Shown here piece after piece: positions 37,970 through 50,800 of a stretch of 64,000 bases of DNA. Positions within the stretch are counted from its first letter, which is position 1. The number at the start of each line of letters is the position of its first letter. The DNA lies in assembly GCA_015680685.1 (NCBI GenBank), contig MNCI01001867.1, positions 53,438 through 117,437 of the forward strand. The letters are read 5' to 3'. Origin of the DNA: Gnetum montanum. Taxonomy: Eukaryota > Plantae > Gnetophyta. The position numbers were made by a program, and so were the translations under genes. Under the pieces are notes generated by a model, which saw nothing but the letters and a program-made list of their open reading frames with translations, did no database searches and was not told the DNA's origin.

Positions 37970-39628
37970 TGAAACACCACCAAATTTGGACTACGACATC
38001 TTAGTTGCAAATTTTGGAAAAAAGTGGGAACTACGCTCAACCCCTTTGTAAAGCGTAGAGAGCATAGTCTCCCAGAGCATAGTTAGTTGGAGGGCACAAT
38101 CTTGAAATTTTACCTAAGTGTTGAGACTACGCTCTCCCCCAAGCATATCATTCCAGATTTTGTTAAGTGTCAAGACTATGCTTGAACCCAATTGAGAGCA
38201 TAATTAGCCTTTTGTGAAGAGTGTAGTAAGCAAAAGGCCAGTTTTCACAAATTTTGCTAAGTGTCAAGACAACGGTCGACCCTAGTTGAGAGCGTAGTTA
38301 GCAGAAGGCTAGTTTTGGAAAATTTTGCTAAGTGTCCAAACTACGCTCAACCCCAATTGAGAGCATAGTCAACCTCTCATGGAGAGTGTAGTATGTAAAA
38401 AATCCATTTTCTTCATAGATTTCACTGGCAATGAGACTACACTCTCCCCCAACCCAAAGCGTAGTCACCTTTTAAAAGAGCATAGTCAACAGGGATAGTC
38501 TCCAACAGCCTTCATAGTGCAGCAACAACACTCAACTTAGCTCTACAATGTAATCAACTCACATTCAACAAGCGTAGTTCCCTTTTTGTATCTCCTTTTG
38601 CCCCAAAATTGTAATTACGCTTAACCCCACGCAAGAGCATGGAGAGCATAGTCCTATAGAGCATAGTCTTTGAGTGTCATTTTTTAGGTGCCTCATGATC
38701 CTCTCGATGCACACACATGTGATTGGCAGTGTAGTCACAATCTCATAATCTCACAGAGTCTAGCAAAGCACAACAAAGTGCAACATCATTAGCCCCATTG
38801 GTACACTGCATGAATAGTAACTATGCTGAGCATAGTCCCAACCATCCCATCTACCATGTGGTAGCCATCCCGCATTTCCCGCTAACCCTAACCCTATAAA
38901 TACCTATATCTTCGATGCAATAAGGGTTGGACCTCACATATAATCAACAGCATATTGGTGAACCAAAAAGAGGCGAAGTTGTAGACCACTACAAATCCCC
39001 CTAGCCTAGCAAAACATCATGCCCAGTGGTACACCGCGGCAACCAACCCAGTAGATGTAGATACCTCGATAGGACATTAGTCTTTGTGGCTAGACATCCT
39101 AGGGATTGTGATTATGCTATCCACCTACACCTATTGTATACCATGTACCCTCTAAACCCCTCTTGGTGTTAACTATGCTCAACCCCATTTGGGGTGACAC
39201 TTCGCTTCATTCTCTTCATTTCTTTGCATTTTCCACACTTTATTTGCATTTTTTTTTTTGCTATTTTTACTATGTAGACACACTTGAACTATGCTCAGGC
39301 GGTGGTCTCTACACGTTGACACTGCCCACCTCGCTAAAACCCTTAACTACACTCACCCCCCTCTGGCACTTGCAACTATGCTCTACCCCACTGACACTGC
39401 AATACTACAAGTATTGTAAACACACCCGCACCCCTTAGCACTGCCTCACATTAGCACTACAACTAACCATGTTGCACCCCCTGTTGCATCTGGTAAGTTT
39501 CAATTTGATTAGCTAGACCATTTAAGGCATCCTGTCTCCCCCTTTAGTAGGCCCTCGCATGGATTCGAGGTTAGGTTATGTGCCCGTAGACCTCGGTGTT
39601 CCAGCTGCCAACATTTTTAGTCATTACA
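37970..39628 (+). repeat. Element B 3' LTR (1659 bp)
   Basis: TGAAACACC...TCATTACA, preceded by the PPT. Many GACTAYGCTC/GAGCRTAGTC inverted motifs. TATAAAT at 38895-38901. Confidence 0.92.
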
Positions 39629-40419
39629 CTAGGGATGTACCTATGTTTCAATTCTTTTGGGTTCTAACACCCCTCTCATCCCCACACAACCTTGTCCCAC
39701 CTCCACCTCCATCCTTCCCCTCACCCCCACTAAGGTTTCTTTTGCAAATGTTATAGATCCTGCTAAGGTTTTTTTTACATATGTTGCAAATCCTATGATG
39801 ACTTCTTCTACTAACATTTCAAGAGTTAGCCCATCCCTTTCTTTTACTAATGTTCAACAAAATGTATCTTCAAGGAAAGTTCCAATGAAATTAGTTTCTA
39901 AAAATTTTTCAATGACTAAGCATAAACAAACATATGTTTCTCAGGTTTCGTACAATCCAATTGTTGATTCATATGATTTTCAAATGATTCCTCATAATAA
40001 AAAACATCAAGGAAATCTATCTATTAGAGACTACATACCAAATCTTCATAATAAACAATATGTTTAATATATTTTAACTACTAATAATTTGTTTACAGCT
40101 ATTGATCAAGATATGAAGATAATATTTTTTTTGTTTTTGATATTGTTGATTCTATTAACAGGGTGGGAGCTTCCTCCCCCTCCACCTAATGTTAATATTT
40201 TCATGGAATGTTTAATTTCCTATCCTAGAGGGAAGGTTGTTCAAGATTGGTTGTAAGGATAAAAACCTAAAAAGACATCCCCAAAATAGGTAGGCCTTTT
40301 CTTTTTATTGATTTGGACTTTCTCCTCTTCGTAGTACTCCTTTGCTTTTGTACTTTGGATTTTTATTTTTAATATATATATATATTTTGGGGTGTGACAC
40401 CCAAAAAACAATTATTTTT

Positions 40420-41220
40420 TATATGGGTGTATACTATGGGGTCTTGGACTTGCTAGCAAATATTAAAACAAAATACAAGAAGTTTAAAAGCATTTTTTGG
40501 TAGAAGAATTTTGGATTAAAAGGCAAGTATAATATAATTTGTTGCTTCTTGAAGTAGATATGATACCCTTAGAGATAGAAGCTTTTTGTCAATTTGTAGC
40601 ATATATTCATAGTGTCTCTTGAAGCACAACAACTAATTTTTCAAATAAAATATTAGTTGTTATATAACATAGAGATTGATTCCATGAGGGATAGAGACTC
40701 CAAAAATAAAACATTAAAATGGTTGTTTTACATTTTGATATAAGGCAGCTCCATAAGAGTATTAGAAACAAGGCACTTTTGCACATATGAGATAACTCAA
40801 CACGATAGAAACAAATTTACCTAGATGACATTAGAGGAGACATTTGTTCTTATATCCTATCGCTTACAATGTCAAATTAGGTGAGTAAGATTGGGCTCCC
40901 ATTATTTTAGAATTGAAGCAAATGGGTCCATACTCCAAGAGAAGAGAGAACCTATGATTTATGTAATCAAAGAGCCATTGAAGATGAAAATGACATATTC
41001 CTGCAAAGTTCGTGCAAATGGAAAATTATAAGTAATAGTTTAATTCAACTTTTTGAAATAGTACCAAGGAAACTAGGTAACTTTATTGATGAAGTGTTTG
41101 CTATACATTCTATGTATCTTTCTTTTGTCCAATAAATTTTAAGTGGTGTAAAAAAACAAAATATTTTAGTTTCAGTTTAAAAAAAAAGATTAAAAAAAAA
41201 AAAAAACAACAACAACAAGA
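40420..41220 (+). mobile_element. 5'-truncated, decayed LINE ORF2 C-terminus with A-rich tail
   Basis: Hand translation gives GCILWG...KIQEV.KHFL...YNLLLLEVDMIPLEIEA (RT thumb region). It also gives RLGSHYFRIE...PREERTYDLCNQRAIEDENDIF (decayed C-terminal zinc motif). A-rich tract at 41150-41220. Confidence 0.72.
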
Positions 41221-41239
41221 GAGGTGGGTAGGAACAATG

Positions 41240-41425
41240 AGGTATTATCCTAGTGTTAAGACTCTTGATTTGGAAGCTTTAAGTCATGGGTTCGATTTTA
41301 GCAAACAATGTTGAGTTATAAAGTTCTATGTGGACTATATATGTTATGGTGTATCTATGTTTCAATTATTTTGAGTTCCAACCGAGGTGGGGATGGGAGG
41401 GGGAGTGTTGGACCCAAAATAAATA
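41240..41425 (+). mobile_element. tRNA-headed SINE-like/short interspersed repeat
   Basis: A-box-like TAGTGTTAAG and B-box-like GGGTTCGATT. The body GGTGTAYCWATGTTTCAATTATTTYGRGTTC recurs at 39632-39673 (+) and 54503-54543 (-). Confidence 0.45.
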
Positions 41426-41896
41426 AATAATAATTTTTAAAAAATTCAAACCATATTAGATCAACAATATAGAAGAGAGAGTTTAAAGAAAAAGATCAAT
41501 AGTCCTAAAGATACATTCTTAGTTTTTCATTTTTACAACCAATCTTCATATAGAGTAGAAAAAGGACTAGTCTTTCCTTAAGTTAGAAATAACTTCTTAC
41601 TAAAGAGTTTACTGTAAAAAGAAGAACACTTTTAAAAATATAAGAAAATATCAATTAAAAAAAGTAAAAAACATAAAACCAGAAATAAAGCCTTCCCCAA
41701 CTTGAACCATCGTCAACTTGAACCTCCAAAACAAAACAAGGGAAAAAACTGGAGGATCAAAATTGACAAAGCAAGATGAAAGCAAGGCTTCCCTAAAAAC
41801 TTAACGATACAAAAACACAAATCGCAAAAACTCTCCAAAATCCCACTTGAGAGAGGAGTTTCCGGGGGTGTACAAGGAGGTCTAACTTGCGCAGAA

Positions 41897-44800
41897 ATGG
41901 CAGAACGCGAGAAGCAGAAGAAAGGCCTAACGAGCACGCCATTCTCAGAGCTTAAACCGGAGCTGTCAGAGCAGACGCTGCAAGTCCTGCAGCATCAGGG
42001 CTTCCACTACTGCACTCCTGTTCAGGCGGCCACCATTCCTCTGCTGTGCTCCCACAAAGATGTTGCCGTGGACGCCGCCACAGGCTCTGGCAAAACGCTT
42101 GCTTTCCTGGTTCCTGTGCTTGAAATCCTCAGGCGTATGCCTCAGTTCCCAAAACCCTACCAAGTTGCAGCCATGGTGCTTTCTCCTACCAGAGAGCTTG
42201 CCTCACAGATATACCATGTTGCAGAGCCCTTCGTTTCCAGCCTTCCTGGCTTCACTTCCATGTTGCTCGTCGGTGGCACTGATGTTGCAGCGGATCTCAA
42301 AAAAATCACCCAACAGGGCGCTAATTTGCTCGTGGGTACCCCTGGTCGCATTCATGATATCATGGGTCGCTTGGATTTTCTGGATTTTCGGTCCCTTGAG
42401 GTAAGAATTTTCGTGGGTTTAATCCAGAATGCATGTTTTGCTGAATTCCCGTATCATGTTTATGAATTTATGGTTTTACTCGTTATCATGTTCAGTGTGA
42501 GATTTCTTTTGCTGTTGAAAGTTTGGGATTAGTGTTTGTGTAGAATTTCATGTAGTGGTGATCCATGGGTTGTTTTGTTTGAGTGCAGGTTCTGATTCTA
42601 GACGAGGCAGATAGGCTTTTGGACATGGGTTTTCAGAACCAGATAACATCCATTATAAATTTGTTACCGAAGCAGCGTAGGACTGGGCTGTTCTCTGCTA
42701 CTCAAACTGAGGCTGTGGAAGAACTTTCAAGGGCGGGGCTCAGGAATCCAAGGAGGGTTGAAGTGAAGACGGAGGTGAAATGCAAGGCTCCGACAGAAGT
42801 AGAAACAGAGGCGCAGATACCTGTGGCTGGTTGTAAGACACCTGCTGGGCTTTGCATAGAGGTATGGTTTTGTTACAAACTCATGAATATGGGGAAAAAT
42901 TCTTTATATATGCTGTTGCCTTTTTTTTTTTTTGCCAAATTAAAAAGAGAATGGCAGATAAACAAAGAGGTGAAACAGACAAGAAAGTTGAAAGAAAATC
43001 ATCATACCTTACAGGGATAAACTTTGAAAGCGTCTTCCTTTTTTACTTTATTGAAGTGCAAATTTCTGGTTTCGCTTTCGGGTGAAGTTGAAACTTTTTG
43101 GTTTCAGAGCGAAGGAGGAATTTTTTTTTCAATTTTTACATTTAAATATATTGTTATATTTTATAAAAGTAACACCTTAAAGAAACAAAAACAAAAGAAA
43201 AGACAAGTCTGACAGAGTTTCGTGTAATACGCATGTATTTTATAGTATCAACAAGAGATTTAAATGAATTTGCATTTAAAATACTTAATTGTCTGATCTA
43301 TGGACCCGACGAATACAACTAACAATTGGCATCGTAAAATTGTGCGGAAAAACTCAGAACATTGTAAGGTGAATGTGGCATATTACCAAAATTCTTCTTT
43401 CAATGGATTTAAAAATTACTTTTTGTGTTAGTCAAATTCAGTTAGTAGCAGCTTGTGGTTTAGGTTTATGTCAGGTTCACAAATAACTTTCACTTTATTG
43501 GCTTCCATAGAACTAGTTTCCTAATAAACACCAATGACCAAAGGGGATACACTGATAAATCTTAGGCCAGCATAAGAAACATATTAACTTTATTAAGAAG
43601 GTTTTTTTAACATCCAGTAAAACTTTAAATGGCGTAAAATGCAATATAAACTTTTTCCACACAATAACGTAAATTGTAGTCTCTTCAAATTAAGAGAAGA
43701 AAATAAAAATTGCATCGGATAATCAACTGCAATCACACCAAGCTCTATCAAGTTTAAGCAACAAGTCCAAACACAAATGGAGGGGGGCAGTTTTAATATT
43801 CTGCAGCCTACAGTATTCACTATGTATTTTTGAAACAAGGCTTGAATTCCAAAACTTAAATTCTAGAGATGATGGAGTGGTGAAGCTTGTGAAGCCATTT
43901 AATCATGTACTACTTTCAGCTACTATGCACAGGTTGCAACAAACTGGAGACATCCACATTGCCTTTAGCCACCAACTACGCCAACTTTCATTTACTATAT
44001 CAAAACAATGGTTAAGTATTTACAAATGTCAAAATCTAAGCCTACCTGTATGGTCCACTCTCTTCACCATAATTTTATTCTTTACCTAGTACAAATGGTA
44101 GCCTTCCAAATATAAATAAGGGGGATCTACTTTATTGTTGACTAGCAACTTTTAAAGTTTCCCTTAATTTGAGGAGTGATTTTCAATTACCGTTTGTGAT
44201 GATGGTTTTAGGCTTCATGAATGGCTATGAAGCCAAAATATCTAAGCCAACGGTACAACAATACAATAGTGATGATAACAGTGTCCCATCCTTTAAAACT
44301 AGTATAAACAACTAATGCTCCTGCCACCAGGTTGCTCATACAAGACAGTAAATACAAAACCAAAAGTTACTCATTTGGAGGATAAAACACCAAAAAAATC
44401 AGCACTCTTCAATTGCTGATGGTGCATATAAAGATCCCCTTTGCATACAGGAACATCCTGTGACTAAGCTGGACACCCAAGTGAAATTGGGGAGGTCCTT
44501 CATGGGTTCTACCGAAGTATTGTGCTGACCATATGTCTTAGGGATACATATCATCTAGTTTTTCTTGTAACATCTCCTCAATATTGTGGGTTTGTAACTC
44601 TATACTGGTTTGGGAGATGAAAGGATGGGCATGCTAGTGTCTGCATTGTACTCAGGAAGGCAATCATAGGAATTGTAGTCAGTTTGATTTGGCTATGAAA
44701 TGATTTAAGCTACCAGAAGAAAGAATCTCTGGAACTTTGACACTTTTATTTTGTCAACACTAAAAAGAATAAGTTCAGGAGATCACAATTTACCAATGTT

Positions 44801-47800
44801 AAATTTCACATGCTTTTCTGGTTGAGCAACGTAAATCCTCAACTCGCAAAGGTCCTTTGTCTCCATGTTCCCTTTTTCCTGGCTTTTATATTTTTTTGGA
44901 CATCTTTCAACATTACTACTTGAAGCTAAGGTTTTTTAAACTTCCATTTTTAAAACTTTAAGATGACTTCAATGAAATGTCTTAAATACTATGCCCCTGT
45001 GCATTTTACAAACATAATGGCATGTTATGTAATGTTTCAAATTGAAGCCATGAACCTACATGTTGGTTTGGCAGAGCTGTGTATGGTGGAGTTGTTTAAA
45101 ACCTTATCATAGGGCCAATATGTTCATCCTTTATGTCAGGGACATTCTTGTAATGTAATATGTTATTAGCCTAGATTCTCAACAGTGTATCGTTATGGTA
45201 ACTTAAAATCAGTTAATGGATGTGCACAGCATTACACTTATGTTTTGACTAACTGTATAAGGGAAGGTGACCTGTTTGCTTGATGATGAAGGAATAGAAT
45301 TTAAGATTATGAGATGTTTCATCTAAACATGATTGCTGTTTTAGGGGTATAATTTGGATCTCTTTATAGATTTCACTAGACATGTTAACACCCATTGTTT
45401 TCTTGAATGAACTTGATTACCCGAGTGTATTTCATTTATTTTTGTCGTAGAAAAGATAAGTATCTTTATAATTGTAGACCAAAAAACTGCCATGATGGTG
45501 AATCCCATATCTTAACTTGCCTCTAATTTGTGTGATACAGATTCTATAAAAAATTTAAAACTTTCCCAAAAATTTCTAAGTGCCTTAGTTATTTGATCAT
45601 AGAGGCAGTTGAAATGGTATAAGGCAGAGAAACATATACAAACTCAATTAGAACGAACCATAATACTGACCATTTAATCAAATGGTGGGATATGCACAAC
45701 ATACCTTCAAACACTGACTTTGGATCATTGCTACCTGAAATATGTCTATCTTCCACATGATGGGATAGATATTTCTGATATGGTCTTCCTCCATGCCTTT
45801 ATAGCCATAGTCATTATTACACACCTGAAGGAAAGAACAACAGGTATCAGGTATGTAGTTGCTATATGTATATGTGTAAGCTTAGGTAAAATAGTTGCAC
45901 ATAAAGTAGCCACAATATTTCATGTTGAGTTCATAATTTCCTTCATTTATGTTCAAATAGAATTGGTCTACTTTTATTCTTCCACGAATTTAGGTACACC
46001 ATTTAACTCTTGACTGCTACATCTAGTCTTTCTGGAAGATTAATTGGTCAATAAATGCTTCTCATTGTTGTTTTGCAGTATATGAAATGTGAAGCTGATG
46101 CAAAACCCTCACAACTTGCTTATTTCCTTTCTAAATGCAAGTCAAAAAAGATCATACTGTAAGTTTCTTCAAACAATTTTGTCTGTGTAGTTAATTTTTA
46201 GTAAAATGCTATTTGGTCATGAGCATTGTTTGTCCACTTTCCAGGTATTTCATGACATGTGCCTGTGTTGATTATTGGTCTGTTGTTCTTTCACAACTCA
46301 AAATTCTCAAAGGACATTCAATGATAGCACTTCATGGAAGGATGAAGCAGGTCTGTTGGCTGAGTTATAACTTTTAACATTGTTACTTCTTTCCTTACAC
46401 ATTGCTAACAAGTGGCCATGAATGAATTCCTGATGACTTCAGCTTATATTCAAAAGTGCTCATTCGGATCAATAGCTTCTTAGTTATCACAAGAAAATTT
46501 CTGTTTTGGTCAGTTAATGAACTTCAGAAGCTTGAATATTTCTGTTATACAACTTAATAAAACTATTTATTAAAGTTATGATTTTGTTAATTTGATTGAT
46601 ATATTAAGATGATGTTATCTATCTACAGTTGCATACAAAGCTTTTTAACACCAAAAAGTCAGCAGCAGATAATGCTAAGTCTTTTAGCTGGTACGATTCC
46701 ATTTGGTTGCATGGTGATGCTGATGAAAACATCTATAACCTTTTATAAGAATTTTTGATAAAACAGTCCAAAATTTGAAAAATTCAAGGAATATTAAGAG
46801 ACATGGTGGGCTTTTGTGTGAAGTGTCGATTTCTGCATGACTGAAAATAACTATTTTGAATAATGCTTGCATATTTAGCCTTAATGACAGCTTCGGAAGA
46901 TTCATGAGCTATATAAATGAAATTTGATAGCATGACTTGTAAATAAATCAATATGGATTGCTATAAACATGTTGTTCTGCAGTTAACTTTACATGGTGTT
47001 GTAATTCTACATTTCAGTTAAAGAGTTCATCTTCTTTACCCTCAGCTATCTTTGTTGTCTGGCAGTCACAAAGAGAGAAAGCTTTGCAGTCGTTTACCAA
47101 ACTTTCTGAAGGAATACTTTTGTGCACTGATGTGGCTGCTCGAGGGCTTGATATCCCTGACGTGGATTGGATTATACAGGTATAAATACATTATGAAAAT
47201 GAGTAAGGCGCAGTACGATTTCTTAAAAATATGCTTCAAATGGAAATTGTTACAGTTGTCTTCTGGTTTAATACATTAAACTGAAATATTAGCAATGTAC
47301 TGCCTTTTTGGTAGAAAGGATGGCATTAATTTGCATTGTTTATGGATTCAAAATGTTTGAGTTTAGTAGGATAATAATGAACTTTACTACCTCTATCATC
47401 ATCTTTGGAGTTTTGACTTTGCAGTATGACCCCCCACAAGATCCTAATGTATTCGTACATAGAGTTGGACGGACAGCTCGGATGGGAAGGTCTGGCAATG
47501 CACTTGTGTTTCTGCTGCCAAAGGTTGTTTTTCAGCTAAGGAACTTGAACATGTCTTGCATAACGGGAATTTTTTGTTGGTCTAATAAAATGGTTTGAAA
47601 TTACAGGAGGATGCATATGTGGAGTTTTTACGTTTACGAAGGATACCTATGCAAGAAAAACTGTGTTTGCAAGAAGCTACTGATATTATTCCAGAGGTTT
47701 GATACATAATAACCCCTAATTAATTTGCCCTAATTGCTATGCACTGTAATTTACTTTAATGCTTTGAGTGATGTATTAGTTAGCATAGTGTGAAATGGAT

Positions 47801-50800
47801 TTCAACTTGCAGTATCTTGCCAGTCACCCATAGAAGAGCACCAATTAGTAATTACAGAAGTCTCGTAAGACTTTTCTGTTAGAGGAAATTTAACTGGTTA
47901 TTTTTTCCCTTTTAGTGGGGAATGTTTTTCTTCCTGCATCATGAAATCCCATACTCGCGATCTCTTAATAGTCACTTTGGATGGCGACCTAAATGGACTT
48001 ACTTACACCAAAATGTAAGTAAATTTATGTAACAAATACGTACCTTGTCAGTTTTTTTCCATGGTGGGATTCGCTAGGTGCTCCAAATACAGTGCAAATT
48101 CCCGTTGCGTTGTTTACTTGTTTTTATTGGTACAGCCTTTGCTTTCGAACCCAAACAATTGCTAAGGTATGGGATGTCGCCTAATTTCAGAGTTCAATCT
48201 CTCAACCAATTCCATTGAGACAGGATTGTCCATAGAGTTGACTCTCTGATACTTGATAAAATTTAAATAAGCCACTGTATGAGTTCAATGTGTTTATGTT
48301 GATAACTGTGGTAGGTGATAATAAATAAATATGGGAAAAATACAGAGGAATCAGATTCAGGAGGGAAATTTAATACAAGAGATCAAGAGGAGTTTTTTTA
48401 AAAAATATTTAACAGAAAAGATAACTGTTACATACTTGGAAAACGTAACTGTTACAGCTTTGGCGGGAAAATTTTGCACATCAAGCATAAGCGGGATTGT
48501 TTTTTCAAATATTCTTGAGCAGGAAAATTTTTCACATTAACAAGCATTAGTGGGAGTTTGAAGCGACGATTATGTGGCAGTTGAGTTTTGGAAAGAAAAA
48601 ATTTTCACTTTTTAAACGGGTAGCTTGTTATCATCCACTGGGAAAAAATTTCACCAACAATAGCAGCTACGAGAGGGTTGACTGTGCTTCTGCTGTTTTT
48701 AATTTTTTTGGAACATGTAAAATGAAAATCTTATTGATTTAAAAAATAAGATTTGTATTCAGCAAGGCATAACTTGGTTAAAGCATGTGGCTTCTGATTG
48801 CATGTAACAGGTTCGATTCCAAGGGGCATACTGAGATACATGCCAATGTAGGCATGGTAAAAGATATGTGTAGACAGTTGGCTATAGAAAATCATTATCA
48901 AACCATTTGCCTACCTTAACAGTTAGCCCACCGTGATGATGTTGAAAAATAAAATTTGAATTACAACCAAAATTATCTTAAGATGTTAGGAGATCAACCA
49001 TGGCCAGTGTTCCATTACATAAGCTTTGAAAAACAATGAAAGCCATAATACATGAACTAAAATATCATCCCAAGGGATCAATCCGATTCTAAATCCTAAT
49101 CTTGGAAATACAAAGTTCAATCTTGCAAGGTTTAAAAACCAGCCAGTCAGATCACATGTCATATTTTATATTATCTTTTTTGACTATTTACAACTAACCA
49201 CTAATACTCTACCTAGATTGCTTTTTATCACTTTAAAAGCTTGGTATTTTCATTCCTTCCAAAGTTCAAAGTTCATATGTGCTAGCAATGCACTCCAAGT
49301 TTTATTAGTATGCCTTCTTACACCAACCAATGTCCAGCTGCTGCTAGATCTTTTAAAGATTCAGCATCATGATATGCTGATTTTTGGTTTCCCACTCTTT
49401 ATTCCAAATATAAGCAACTGTGAGGCAATGCATAAAAATATGACTACCATCACAAGCATTCTAACACAAACAACATCTGTTAGTCATCATCCATCCTTTT
49501 TTCATTAAGTTATCTATTCTTAAAAGCTTTTCTTTTCTTGAAACACATGAGCTTTAGGAATGAGGCCTCGTTTCTTCCAATGAACAGCGTCCTTTTCTAT
49601 TTGACAAATGCATAAAGTAGTGGCATATGCTGTTTGTAATTGATTTGTAAAGTTCTTTTTTAGCATTTATAGTTTTTCCTGATCTATCTGTCATGATGGA
49701 TTTCACTTTTATGCTCAGCCCTACATCATCATCATTATGGTGCCTTTGTCCCATTTACATGGGTTGACTTGTTTAGGTAAGCAAAGGATCACAGTTCACT
49801 AACTGTTAAGGTAGGGGCAAAGGATTTGACCATGATTTTTATTGCAGGCTGTCTACCTGATGCCATATTTTGAAGGAAGTTTTTTACTGCCCCCCTAGTT
49901 GGCTATTTGTCGTGGGATTGAGCCTACAACTTGAAAATCACAAGCTTTATGTTCTAACCAAGTGAGCCATCCATACATTTATTAAAAAAGAAAAAAAGAA
50001 AAATTTTAAACGTATTTATTTTTAGTAGTTTCATTTTTTATAGTGGTTTGTGCTTTTATTTTATGTTTCAAATTGTTTGTAAATGGATTTCTATTTTAGA
50101 CACATTTATAAGATGTGGCCTTCCTTGCAAGGCATATTATTTATAGCAAGCTACCTGAGATACCTGCACAATAGTCTTCTTTAAGTTTAGACTTTATGAA
50201 TGGGGATTATTATCGCGATATTGTATTTCTGCTGGTTCTTCCACCTTAGTTCGTAATTTTCAATTAGATACAACTGGTAATGTAAACTTGATCATTTATT
50301 CTTTGATGTTTATCAGATAATAAGCAAATGGGCACCCCTCATCCATGGTTTCTTCCCAATAATCCATCTTTTACTGAAACAAATTTCAGTAATTTACGAA
50401 CTAACTTTTTCGCAAAAACTCAAATGTAAAACCTCTTCAGTATTAAGTATTTTATTTTACCTGCCTTACCATGCCATTGCATTTAGGACTAAACAATGAA
50501 GACTCACAAAAGGGTCCTGAAGAGTTGCAAAACGTGATGCACCAGACAACCAGGGTAGGGGCATTTGGGGAGGAAACAAACTGTGGGGACGGGAATTGTC
50601 TATGAACTTGAGTGGCAAATGAAACTGAATTTGTTAAAATTCCTTTCCTGAATGAATTTGTATCATATGTGGTCTGGTTCACTGCATAAGTAACTTAGTA
50701 AAAAATGTCATGCATCTTAAAATCAGTAATGTTACAATTTTTTTTCATATCTGATAATATGTTGTAGATGCGAGCAGCTGCCAAGAAGGATCGAGATGTC

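Larger units (their letters stand above)
25167..39628 (+). mobile_element. Element B: near full-length Tat-type Ty3/Gypsy retrotransposon (dual RNase H), decayed
   Basis: 5' LTR 25167-26500 (first ~250 bp missing) and PBS 26506-26522. Gag-PR, a 2.27-kb intron-like spacer, then RT-RH-aRH-INT. PPT AAAGAGGGG at 37957-37965 and 3' LTR 37970-39628 (TG...CA). Confidence 0.94.

Noticed and set aside
39657-40067. 136-aa ORF after the B 3' LTR
   Set aside because: Low complexity and no recognisable domain. It may be a TE remnant, so it is not called as a gene.
48244-48715. CTCTGATAC followed by TG...CA, like a Met-PBS plus LTR on the minus strand
   Set aside because: Only a 9-nt PBS match, with no second LTR, TSD or gag motif.
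48762-48830. tRNA gene (A and B boxes present); similar traces at 49912-49972, 41240-41305 and 61160-61205
   Set aside because: No convincing acceptor or anticodon stems. The 48.8, 49.9 and 41.2 kb heads continue into shared SINE-like bodies, and the 61.2 kb trace is only an A-box fragment.
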